Below the pieces are notes generated by a model. It was not told the DNA's origin and made no database searches. It was given only the letters and a program-made list of their open reading frames with translations. A stretch of DNA of 64,000 nt from Eledone cirrhosa (Eukaryota), in assembly GCA_964016885.1 (NCBI GenBank), contig OZ024742.1, forward strand, positions 297,848,001 through 297,912,000, written 5' to 3'. Numbering within the stretch: position 1 is the stretch's first letter; every line of letters begins with the position of its first letter. Positions 29,452 through 41,892 of this stretch are shown here, piece by piece. The translations under genes and the position numbers were made by a program.

Positions 29452-29498
29452 TGCCTTGATAAGTCCCACCATGGGGTCGGACGAAACGGCTGTCGGCA
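29452..29498 (+). ncRNA. Type I hammerhead (U3-A8 core variant)
   Basis: tgcc-TTGATAA-gtcc(caccatggggtc)ggac-GAAA-cggctg-TC-ggca. Confidence 0.8.
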
Positions 29499-30544
29499 AT
29501 AAACTTGTTATAATGTCATAATAGTTCCTTTGTTCTTTTTCACTAATATATATATATATATATATATATGCAAACAAACAAGTATGACCATCAAACACAC
29601 ATTTCTGAATGCAGATACAACCAGAATAACTGCAAAGCAATCATTGAATGCCTTATATATAACAAAGCCAACAATAAATAAAATATCTAGTGGAAAAGAC
29701 CATCCGATTCCAAACTCATAAAAATTACATTCATAAAACCAAAGCCAATCGTGAACTAAATGTTTATATTACAACTAAAACATCCTCCATTATCCCTAAA
29801 TCATGAATATTTCCCAAATCCTAACCTGCTCTAAATATGAGTATATATATATATATATGTATATATAATGTGTGAGTGATATTTCAATTTGACAGATTCC
29901 CATTTGTGTATTAATCTGACATGTGTTTTGCAATTAAAAAGCTCAAACCTACATATAGTTATGCAGTTCTTTTTGCAATATATATACATATTAACAAATA
30001 GGATGCTAACATGAACAAACTTTACACTTCTCTATTTGTGTAAAGACTATACAAACACACCCATATGTAGTGAAAAATACATACATGCATATATATAAAT
30101 TCTTAGACATCTAAATGCACACATTTACAGATATGTATCTCACAAAGAGAAGCAGTATTGCAAGTTCACACAAAACATTTATAAACAAACACCTAATGTG
30201 TATATATGAATCTATAAACACACATACTTGCACTTTCGCATAAAAACACCGAATGCATATATATGAATCAATATATTTAGATACATCCACATACAAATAC
30301 ATAATATTTATATCAGAATTTATACTCATATCTACACACATGCATAAACTTATGAACACATAAATCTACACATAAACATGCAATTCATACACATGAGTTC
30401 ATAGAGACGTTCACTGAAACACACATGTAAGTACAAGCATATTGTGTATATATGATATTTTTAAAATGCTATTTGTATCTCCACAACATAATTGATACCT
30501 CAATGTAAAGGATAGGTTATAATTCTCTCTCTTTCTTTCTCCCG

Positions 30545-30576
<32 letters not shown>

Positions 30577-30645
30577 CAAATATATATATATATATTATTC
30601 AAAATATTAACAAATGAAAAATATTCTCATAATCAAAATATATAC

Positions 30646-30705
30646 TTTATTATATATATTTCAGAGGTACTGTGTTGATTTTTCAGTACGTCCTCATCAG
30701 ACAAA
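30646..30705 (-). ncRNA. Type I hammerhead
   Basis: Minus: tttgt-CTGATGA-ggacgtactg(aaaaatcaaca)cagtacctct-GAAA-tatata-TA-ataaa. Confidence 0.75.
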
Positions 30706-31759
30706 TATATGATTTGATATATGACATACCGCTACGGTACCCCCTAGCCTCAGTACCCCCACCCCCATCCCCTATTCTATGATAGAATTGGCCGACTCCG
30801 CTTTTTATAGCAGATGTGATAGACCCCAGATACTTGATTTCTTTTTCGATGGCTGCCCCATTTCCGTGCTTTCTACATTTCTTAGTGGTATCTCTGCTTT
30901 AATTTCTCGTATATCAGTATTTATTTTTTGGGTGTGTGGGGTGTGTGTGTGTGGGGGGGGGGGGGGGGGATTCTGAATTAATTTTCCGTATCAAATTTTT
31001 CATATACTTCGTACGAGCATTTATGTAGTTTGCACTAGAATTTTTGTATCGTAGCGGCACCCTTAGAGATAGTATTAGTATTCATTTTCGGGATTCTGAA
31101 TTATTATTTCGTATTAGTTTATTTTTTACACTGGGTGGTTGCTGGCCTTGTGCCTAGGGTAGAACCAATTATTTCGTATTAGTTTCGGGACTCTGAATTA
31201 TTATTTCGTGGTTGTTTCTTTAGTATTTTGGCCCCCACTTGTTGACCTGTCACCGTAAGATATATTCGGTTGATTACTACTAACTCTTTAAATGGTCTCA
31301 TTACAATTCCCTCCCACCTAGTAAACTTTTCTATAGTTTAGCAGTACCAGTGAGAGACTTGATGACTGTCGTTAGGGAATAGTAACCAGAAATTGTTTTT
31401 TTATATTTTTAACATTCTTGGTATTCTTCTATATATTTACTCCATATTGATTTACTTATTGTTTCGACTTCCTCCCCCTCCTCCTCCCTAGCATACTTGC
31501 TTGACCTCCTGCCCTGCTGTAGTTGGCACTATCAACGCACAACTGGGTTTCCTCCACTACCTTTCCCTCTTTCTTCTACTGGGAGGTTCAGCTACGCCTT
31601 CCTTCCACAAATTGCCATGATAGAATTATGTGTCTCAACAACAAACTTTTGACCAATCCTTGAGACAATCACTTTTATCATATATGGAATTACATTTTCA
31701 TTTAGTCCAGAATTAGCCGTCGAAACGGCTTGAGCTCAGCCGTCGGGGTCCTACTCGTT

Positions 31760-31806
<47 letters not shown>

Positions 31807-31863
31807 ATATACACACACACATTTGTATATATATACATATATATAAATATATATATACATACG

Positions 31864-31895
<32 letters not shown>

Positions 31896-31914
31896 CATAC
31901 GTATATATATATAT

Positions 31915-31982
<68 letters not shown>

Positions 31983-31991
<9 letters not shown>

Positions 31992-32545
31992 TAAACAAAT
32001 AATGAATAAAACAATGAAACAGTTCCTTATATTAAACAAAAAAAGTTCATTATTTAACGATCGTTTCTAGGATATATATGTGTTAGAATTGGCATGCATA
32101 TTCAACAGATCTATGTACAAAATTATACAAAATTATACAAACTATCAAGATTAAATATACATACCAACACATATATACGCCGTCTTCAGAAATAATAATA
32201 TTTCTGAAGACGGCGTATATATGTGTTGGTATGTATATTTAATCTTGATAGTTTGTATAATTTTGTATAATTTTGTACATAGATCTGTTGAATATGCATG
32301 CCAATTCTAACACATATATATCCTAGAAACGATCGTTAAATAATGAACTTTTTTTTGTTTAATATAAGGAACTGTTTCATTGTTTTATTCATTATTTGTT
32401 TAATATTTTATCTTGACTCTGTATACCGTTTATCTTTCACCGAAAGTGATTTTTCATTACATCTCTTCTTTCCATGATATCCGGAATACATTGAGTTCTT
32501 CATACGGATTGGACACTACCGTAAACTCTTGGTAGATTTATCTAC

Positions 32546-32548
<3 letters not shown>
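31983..32548. repeat. Near-perfect 212-bp-arm palindrome (4-nt spacer) made of a head-to-head pseudo-LTR (pLTR) pair
   Basis: 31983-32194 is the reverse complement of 32199-32411 (one T indel); right arm continues to ~32548; flanked by (TA)n. Confidence 0.9.
32199..32342 (+). ncRNA. Type I hammerhead with greatly extended stem II (mirror copy on minus strand ~32051-32194)
   Basis: tattt-CTGAAGA-[~115 nt containing tatatatgtgttgg/ctaacacatatata]-GAAA-cgatcg-TT-aaata. Confidence 0.65.
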
Positions 32549-32613
<65 letters not shown>

Positions 32614-32625
32614 CATATATATAAA

Positions 32626-33759
<1,134 letters not shown>

Positions 33760-34532
33760 GTATTAGTTATACTATTTATGGTTATGTAAACACAAAACCT
33801 TAAGCAGTTGTAAGTATTTTACACACACCCTAAATAGTGGTAGGCAGTAATGTATTACTACCTTATTACCAGTAAGTTAAGTAGCTCAATGTAAAAACAT
33901 CAGATGATTTACAGAGCAGTTATATGAAATATAAGAATCAAAGAACTGTTCAAAACATTATTGTGCTTACAGCTGTTTCCTCCAAACCGAGGTTTGGATT
34001 CTTCGGAGCAATTTATTAATGCATGGACAGTTATATGACCTCCTTTTCAGCCGAGAGACATACCAATACATATTCAAACATTGATACATATTCAAACATT
34101 GTGGGTCAACATTCATTACAGAATTTAGAGTGGCAGTACACACTTCGAGATTACATTTATATTAATAGGTACAATCAAAAATCAAAGATATAGGTTAAAG
34201 TACAACATGAAGATAAGTGGTTATATAGTGCAAATGTTATATGTGTGGCACGCATGTGCGTCTTGTTTATATAGTGTGGCAGAGAGATATGTGTGGTAGA
34301 GGCACTTAGGTAGGTAAATAAGAGTGTTAGGTTGGTAGATCTGGTGGCAAAGTCTTTATATGATTGATATAGTCTGTGTGTGGAGAAATATTATAAGCAT
34401 TGTGTACTGCCACTCTAAATTCTGTAATGAATGTTGACCCACAATGTTTGAATATGTATCAATGTTTGAATATGTATTGGTATGTCTCTCGGCTGAAAAG
34501 GAGGTCATATAACTGTCCATGCATTAATAAAT

Positions 34533-34579
34533 TGCTCCGAAGAATCCAAACCTCGGTTTGGAGGAAACAGCTGTAAGCA
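34533..34579 (+). ncRNA. Minimal type I hammerhead with non-canonical CCGAAGA core (copies at 33964-34010 minus and 38731-38779 plus)
   Basis: tgct-CCGAAGA-atccaaacc(tc)ggtttggag-GAAA-cagctg-TA-agca. Confidence 0.7.
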
Positions 34580-34828
34580 CAATAATATTTTGAACAGTTC
34601 TTTGATTCTTATATTTCATATAACTGCTCTGTAAATCATCTGATGTTTTTACATTGAGCTACTTAACTTACTGGTAATAAGGTAGTAATACATTACTGCC
34701 TACCACTATTTAGGGTGTGTGTAAAATACTTACAACTGCTTAAGGTTTTGTGTTTACATAACCATAAATAGTATAACTAATACTATTAACTGCTCCATAT
34801 CGTTGAGCTGACATATAATATTGCCAAT

Positions 34829-37288
34829 ATGCTAATCAAAGACCAACTCCCCATGTCAACCAAGAACATACCAATACCATGCAGGAATACATATGAAAAA
34901 TTGCTGATCAACAGTGTAAATTCATTTATCAATAGAGTGAGATGGAGGACATTCCATTATGATAGAAACAAATCTAACAACTTGAATAATACTAACAATT
35001 TTGACTCCTTCGGCTTTAAAACCTTTAAAAGCCCCCCTCATAACACTCTACTTAACTCCTTTGAAAATGACCTAGTTAAACTAGTTAAGAACATTAAATA
35101 CAATAAGCACCATATTAGAAGCAACACCTTCTTAAACAAACTTAACACTTCTATTAGTGGATTCAAAACTAGTAATAAAATTATTGTACACGCAGATAAA
35201 ACTAATAACATATACAGCCTAGATTATATTACTTATAGAAAGTTTATATATAATGAACTACATAAAAGCTACAAAAAAACCACCTTGAAAAACTTAGAAG
35301 ATATTAATGTAGAGGGTTATAATATAGTGTCTAAACTAGGACTACAGAGGCATACACAACCTTTCACTCCGAACTCCCCTAGATTCTCTCTGAAGGACCA
35401 TAAGGAGAACTTCATCAGCAACCCCACGATAAGACTTATCTGCCCTTCCAAGTCCGACATTGGTATTATCAGCAAGAAGATTTTGGATAAAATCATCCCA
35501 CAAATTAAACACAAGATACACCTTAAACAATGGGGAAATACGGGTGAAGTAATTGAATGGTTTAAGGATATCAAGAATAATAAGAACAAAAAATTTATTC
35601 AATTTGATATCAATTCATACTACACCTCTATTTCCCCTATCCTATTAAATAAGGCACTTATCATGGCCATGACCAATAGCGACCTGACTAGAGCCCAGGT
35701 TGATGTCATCCTTGCGGCCCGTAAAACCATAATCACCTTCGAGGACCAACTATGGACACGCAAGGATACGCACAACAACTTCGACATAACCATGGGATCT
35801 AGTGACTCGGCGCAGGTCACTGATTTGGTCGGCCTATACCTCCTCAATGAAATCCATAAAGACCTCCCTTACCTCAACGGTGGTTTGTACCGCGATGATG
35901 CACTTCTACTCATAGAATATAAAAAATTTAATATAGAAAGAACTAGAAAACAACTGCATAAGACATTCAAAAACTTTAACCTTAGTATCACCATGGACAA
36001 AAACACTAAAAATGTTAACTTCCTAGACGCCACACTATACCTAGACTCAAAAATATATACACCTTTCCATAAGCCTAATGAGAAACTTATTTACGTAGAT
36101 ACCAAGTCTAATCACCCTAGATCAATATTAAACTCTATCTCTAAGGGGGTGTCCAATAGAATCTCTAGTCTGTCCTATGACGCAAACATATTTAGCAAAA
36201 ACTCACAATATTACAATCAAGCATTAGCTAGCTCCGGCCATAATATAGAAATTGAGTTCCTACCTAAGAAAACACATAGCTACAACATCATCTCGCACAA
36301 CATGTCCATGAGGAAATCTAATAATAGGAATAGCAACCACAAGTACACCAAAGCGGAGGGTGCCACCGGAAGTAACCATTACCATGGAAACTACTGTGAG
36401 GCCTTAGGAGGAAGCAACACACCAAACACTAAAAGCAAAAATAGAAGAAGAAATAATACATTTTTCAACCCTCCTTTCAACCTAAATGTCTCCACCAACA
36501 TACCTAGGGCTTTCTTCTCACTACTAGATAAAAACTTCCCTCTAGGACACAAGTACCACAACCTCTTAAACAAAAACACCATTAAAATCTCATACTCTAC
36601 GACGCCTAACTTAGCATACCACATAGCTAGCAGCAATAATAGTAAAATTAGTTCTTACTTCCAACAAACAAAATCACAACGGGATGCAAACCCTCTAAAT
36701 ACCACTGTAGCAAGCAACAATAGCAACGGCAGTAACAATAGAAATAACACTAGTATAAGTAATAACACCAGGGTTGTCAACCCGAACACCCAAAATCCTA
36801 TATCCACCACACAGACTTCCGCATTGCATTATAACCAGCGGACTAACGCACAGAATAATTGTAACTGTAGAGCTAATAGAACCTGCCCTTTAGATAAAAA
36901 ATGCCTAACCAAGGATGTCATATACTCATGCACAGTCACGACTAATAACTCTTCAGAAACTTATGTAGGCTCCACTTCTAACTGCTTCAAAATCAGATAT
37001 AACTCGCACATCCACTCGTTCAAAAAGCATAGCCTAGCCAACTCCACCTCACTTTCTAGCTACATACACTATCTAAAATCTAAAAATAAACCATACACAC
37101 TCAAATGGGAAGTGATAGGCAGCGCGACCTCGTACAAACCACCTAATAAATTCTGTAACCTCTGTATACTAGAGACACACAATATTATCTTCTCCAACCG
37201 TAACCTACTTAACAAAAAATCTGAGGTGTTTGCAACTTGCCAGCACCGCCTCAGACATTCCTTCCAAAACTTTAAGCCCTATATATAG
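34829..37288 (+). CDS. PLE protein: reverse transcriptase + C-terminal GIY-YIG endonuclease (819 aa, intact)
   Basis: KNIPIP N-terminus, ADKT, FDINSYY, MGSSDSA, YRDD, NFLD, SNHP, FFNPPF, CNC..CPL..C, VIY..YVG..R..H, CNLC..E..LLN. Confidence 0.95.
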   Translation: MLIKDQLPMSTKNIPIPCRNTYEKLLINSVNSFINRVRWRTFHYDRNKSNNLNNTNNFDSFGFKTFKSPPHNTLLNSFENDLVKLVKNIKYNKHHIRSNTFLNKLNTSISGFKTSNKIIVHADKTNNIYSLDYITYRKFIYNELHKSYKKTTLKNLEDINVEGYNIVSKLGLQRHTQPFTPNSPRFSLKDHKENFISNPTIRLICPSKSDIGIISKKILDKIIPQIKHKIHLKQWGNTGEVIEWFKDIKNNKNKKFIQFDINSYYTSISPILLNKALIMAMTNSDLTRAQVDVILAARKTIITFEDQLWTRKDTHNNFDITMGSSDSAQVTDLVGLYLLNEIHKDLPYLNGGLYRDDALLLIEYKKFNIERTRKQLHKTFKNFNLSITMDKNTKNVNFLDATLYLDSKIYTPFHKPNEKLIYVDTKSNHPRSILNSISKGVSNRISSLSYDANIFSKNSQYYNQALASSGHNIEIEFLPKKTHSYNIISHNMSMRKSNNRNSNHKYTKAEGATGSNHYHGNYCEALGGSNTPNTKSKNRRRNNTFFNPPFNLNVSTNIPRAFFSLLDKNFPLGHKYHNLLNKNTIKISYSTTPNLAYHIASSNNSKISSYFQQTKSQRDANPLNTTVASNNSNGSNNRNNTSISNNTRVVNPNTQNPISTTQTSALHYNQRTNAQNNCNCRANRTCPLDKKCLTKDVIYSCTVTTNNSSETYVGSTSNCFKIRYNSHIHSFKKHSLANSTSLSSYIHYLKSKNKPYTLKWEVIGSATSYKPPNKFCNLCILETHNIIFSNRNLLNKKSEVFATCQHRLRHSFQNFKPYI

Positions 37289-38819
37289 CAATGTCGGACT
37301 GGAACCTAACACCACATCTAGCATCAAACACCAGAGACACACCCTATACTACATACCCAACACTAGCTGATCCATTATAACACAAACAACGACATCCCTC
37401 TGGAACCCTTCGCAGGGAAAATACCCATTTATACCTCTACGGCAGGTGTGACAACATCCACCCACTTGGACGGCACTACACCGCTCTAAGGGTAATTTGA
37501 GCATGAATTGATCGGTTGGATGGTGTTGGGCAGAGGAAACACCTTCCTTAGACAGATGTAAAATGATTTAATCGAGTAGCGCTGTTGACCAGTAGGACCG
37601 GGCTGCTGAGCGCAGTGAGTGAATGCAATGCAACTGCCGTGCGGGTTGTACGTATATGGATGATCTGACGGTCAGAGAGGGGTCGCGAGGACTGCGGATT
37701 GACCTTTGGCCTGCCTGGGGACGATTATCTTTCGACATCCAATGTAGCAAGCGATGACCCAGATCTTACCAGAGATCATTGGGTCCTGAAGCAATCCTGC
37801 AATCACCGCGCCTGGTCATATGAGCAGACTATAACCACAGAGATCATTAATTTAGAATCCTCGCTCATCATCTATAATTTCCATTTGTAGCACCTTAAGA
37901 TGGGTTAATCCACCTTAATAATAATATGATCACCTTCAGCATAATTTAGTTAAACTACTCTATAGTTAGTACACTTTATGCTTTAAAAGTCTCTCTTGGA
38001 AGGTGCACCTCACCATAGAATTTAGGGTCTATATTGGGACACATTTTAATGGCTAGATATAGAAACACCAGAGTTACCTCCCCGCATGCATTAACTCCCC
38101 TTAGCCACACACACACTTCCGGTATTCAATGGCGTTTCTCGAAACGTAACAACCTCCTGTATCGAACTAAAGAACACCAGACTACGATCTCTAACTGGAT
38201 TGTCGTGGATTATGTGAAAGGCATATAATCGAAATATACACTCCCTTGACCATGAAAATGCCGAAGTACATGAATTACTTGACATCCCTGCGCTGTGCAT
38301 CTCCAATACTTATAACACTTTTAATGCTTGCACTATCTTTAATGCTTATAATATTTCTCCACACACAGACTATATCAATCATATAAAGACTTTGCCACCA
38401 GATCTACCAACCTAACACTCTTATTTACCTACCTAAGTGCCTCTACCACACATATCTCTCTGCCACACTATATAAACAAGACGCACATGCGTGCCACACA
38501 TATAACATTTGCACTATATAACCACTTATCTTCATGTTGTACTTTAACCTATATCTTTGATTTTTGATTGTACCTATTAATATAAATGTAATCTCGAAGT
38601 GTGTACTGCCACTCTAAATTCTGTAATGAATGTTGACCCACAATGTTTGAATATGTATCAATGTTTGAATATGTATTGGTATGTCTCTCGGCTGAAAAGG
38701 AGGTCATATAACTGTCCATGCATTAATAAATTGCTCCGAAGAATCCAAACCTCGGTTTGGAGGAAACAGCTGTAAGCAAAATAATGTTTTGAACAGTTAT
38801 TTGATTCTTATATTTCATA

Positions 38820-38825
38820 TATTTC

Positions 38826-38858
<33 letters not shown>

Positions 38859-38869
38859 CATATATATAC

Positions 38870-38920
<51 letters not shown>

Positions 38921-38947
38921 CATATATATATACATATATATATATAC

Positions 38948-39004
<57 letters not shown>

Positions 39005-39035
39005 CATATATATATACATATACATATATATATAC

Positions 39036-39086
<51 letters not shown>

Positions 39087-39099
39087 CATATATATATAC

Positions 39100-39148
<49 letters not shown>

Positions 39149-39187
39149 CATATGTATATATATACACATATATACATATATATATAT

Positions 39188-39226
<39 letters not shown>

Positions 39227-39237
39227 TATATATATTT
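38820..39237. repeat. (TA)n array with periodic CA interruptions
   Basis: Direct inspection. Confidence 0.95.
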
Positions 39238-39575
39238 CATCATCATCATCATCATTTTACGTCCGCTTTTCCCTGCTTGCAAGGGTGGGACTGGAACTGA
39301 TTCTGGCTTGATTTCTACAGCTGGATGCCCTTCCTAACACCAACCTCATTTACAGTGAGTGCTGGGTGCTCTTTTGCCGTGGCACCTCCACGACCACTTT
39401 GCAGTGGAATGATAGGGACCCTAGTCCTTATCATCTCATTTCTACAGCTGAGTAAACTGGAGCAATGTGAAATAAAGTGTCTTGCTCAAGGACACAACGC
39501 ATCACCTGGTCTGAGAATTGAACTCACAACCTTTCGATTGCAAGGCCAATGCTCTAACCACTAAGCCATGTGCTT
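39238..39575 (-). mobile_element. tRNA-derived SINE (family B) with RTE-derived 3' end
   Basis: A box TGGCTTAGTGG, B box GAGTTCAATTC, CORE-like gtgtccttgagcaagacactt, tail ..gaaaagcggacgtaaaa(tga)n; second copy at 54716-55050. Confidence 0.88.
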
Positions 39576-39592
39576 ACATATATACACACACA

Positions 39593-39684
<92 letters not shown>

Positions 39685-39688
<4 letters not shown>

Positions 39689-39879
39689 AACCAGTAAGAC
39701 CCCGACAGCTGAGCTCAAGCCGTTTCGACGGCTAATTCTGGAAATGCGGAATTAGCCGTCGAAACGGCTTGAGCTCAGCTGTCGGGGTCTTACTGGTTCC
39801 TATTACCCACTCTACTACCTCAAGTATTGAGTACTTTGGTGCGTTATGGTCCACCTGGTTCCTTACCACATTTCCTTCG

Positions 39880-39880
<1 letters not shown>
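39685..39880. mobile_element. Short head-to-head pLTR hairpin with the 3' half of a hammerhead
   Basis: 54-bp arms (39685-39738 and 39749-39802); GAAA-cggct(tgagctc)agctg-TC-gggg; relatives at 31704-31762 and ~59190-59385. Confidence 0.75.
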
Positions 39881-39958
<78 letters not shown>

Positions 39959-40660
39959 GTGGTCGTGTAGGTAACACGGTAAAAATATATATACATATAC
40001 CAACATAGCATCAAATCTCTATAAAAACTATAGACGGTCACAGTTAGTATGAGTGAGTACACACACACTCACACACACCGACACGAGGTTAAAGAAAAAA
40101 TATAAATATACCAACATAGTATTCACCGAAAGTTAGTTTACAAAACAACAAATGTTATGTTGGTCAAATCTCAATTTGACGATGTAAATTGGGAAAATTG
40201 TGTCAACCGCAACCCTATACACACGCAAGTAAGTTCTACAGATTTGATGCTATGTTGGTATATGTATATATATTTTTATTCTTTGACCTCGCGTTGTGTG
40301 TGTGTGAGTGTGTGTGTGTGTACCCACTAACATTAACTGTGACCGACTGTAATTCTACAGATTTGATTGATGTCCAGCGCCTTTTACAGCTATTGGGAGA
40401 TAGAGACTTGATAGTTTTATGACCCTAAATGAGGACGATAGCAGTCGCCGTGTTTTGACTGCTTGATCTTCATATGAGGGACTAAACTCTGTAAGTGAAC
40501 ACCGTTAATTTTCTCCCTCATATCAAGGATTTGAAGACAATTCATTTTTACCTCACGAGATCAGTGATAATCGATCATGGCTACACGATCGATCTATCTC
40601 TTATTGTGTCGTGATTAAAATGATTGGAAATTTATACCATGCCTTCGGCTCTTTATTTTG

Positions 40661-40777
<117 letters not shown>

Positions 40778-40805
40778 ATATATATATAAATAGATATACA
40801 TATAT

Positions 40806-41640
40806 CTGTCCAGGTCAGTCTAAAATCTTTTCCTGATTCCTGTATTTTCGTTGCTGTGGTAATGCGGCTGGACTGCCGATCGCTATATTTGATTTGCTAA
40901 GCTGTCTAAACGTATTGTTATTACTCTGGGGTACTATTCCTATTCGAGTGCTAAAGCAACATACCGAATTTGCATTCGTTAGCTTGGCCGCAAACTAAAG
41001 CTTCGTTAATGCTATACTAAAAATTTGTATTTTAACTCCTAGAATTAACGATTAACTGATTAATTTAATTAGATGATTCTATTGATTGATTAATTGTTTA
41101 TGTTAGTTTGATAACTTCTGGTTGAGTGCTTAATTCGGTTTATCTAAGGGAATTTCATTCCTTTGTCTCAAATTTGAATTCACCGCCAAAGCGGGGGTTA
41201 CCTCCCTTGGAGAAAACCATGTGTCCATAGCGAAATTCACTGCTAGAACATACCCGCAGAGACAAGACTTGCTGAAGAAGTAAATCCTTTGTTCTGTCGC
41301 CAAAAACCATTAACTTGCAGACCCCTTCAAGCGGAATTTGCCGATCTTGGATTTGCAGAAACCTAGCGGGGATGTTTTGTGCTGTATGTGATGTATATCG
41401 TGTGCTATACGATATGCATTATATATTGCATTCAGTCCCAGCGTTCTGTCCAGGTCAGTCTAAAATCTTTTCCTGAGTCCTGTATTTTCGTTGCTGTGGT
41501 AATGCGGCTGGACTGCCGCTCGCTATATTTGATTTGCTAAGCTGTTAAACGTATTGTTATTACTTTGGGGTACTATTCCCATTCGAGTGCTAAAGCTACA
41601 TACCGGATTTGCTTTGTTAATGCTGTACTAAAATTTGTAT
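40806..41640. repeat. ~200-bp direct repeats ~640 bp apart (terminally redundant non-coding element)
   Basis: ctgtccaggtcagtctaaaatc...aaatttgtat at ~40806-41030 and ~41446-41640; flanked by (TA)n. Confidence 0.8.
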
Positions 41641-41676
41641 ATATATATATATAGATATACATATATATATATATAG

Positions 41677-41756
<80 letters not shown>

Positions 41757-41767
41757 GATATATATAC

Positions 41768-41800
<33 letters not shown>

Positions 41801-41892
41801 CATATGTATAGATATATAGATATACATACATATATATATATAGATATATATATAAACATACATATATATATATAGATATATATATATACATA

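Larger units (their letters stand above)
27133..29549. mobile_element. Non-coding PLE-type insertion with 187-bp inverted HHR-bearing arms
   Basis: 27239-27425 is the reverse complement of 29363-29549; both ends abut (TA)n; no RT ORF recognised inside. Confidence 0.75.

Noticed and set aside
34829-37288. Selenoprotein-type (Naiad) PLE
   Set aside because: The endonuclease is C-terminal and the ORF has no in-frame TGA
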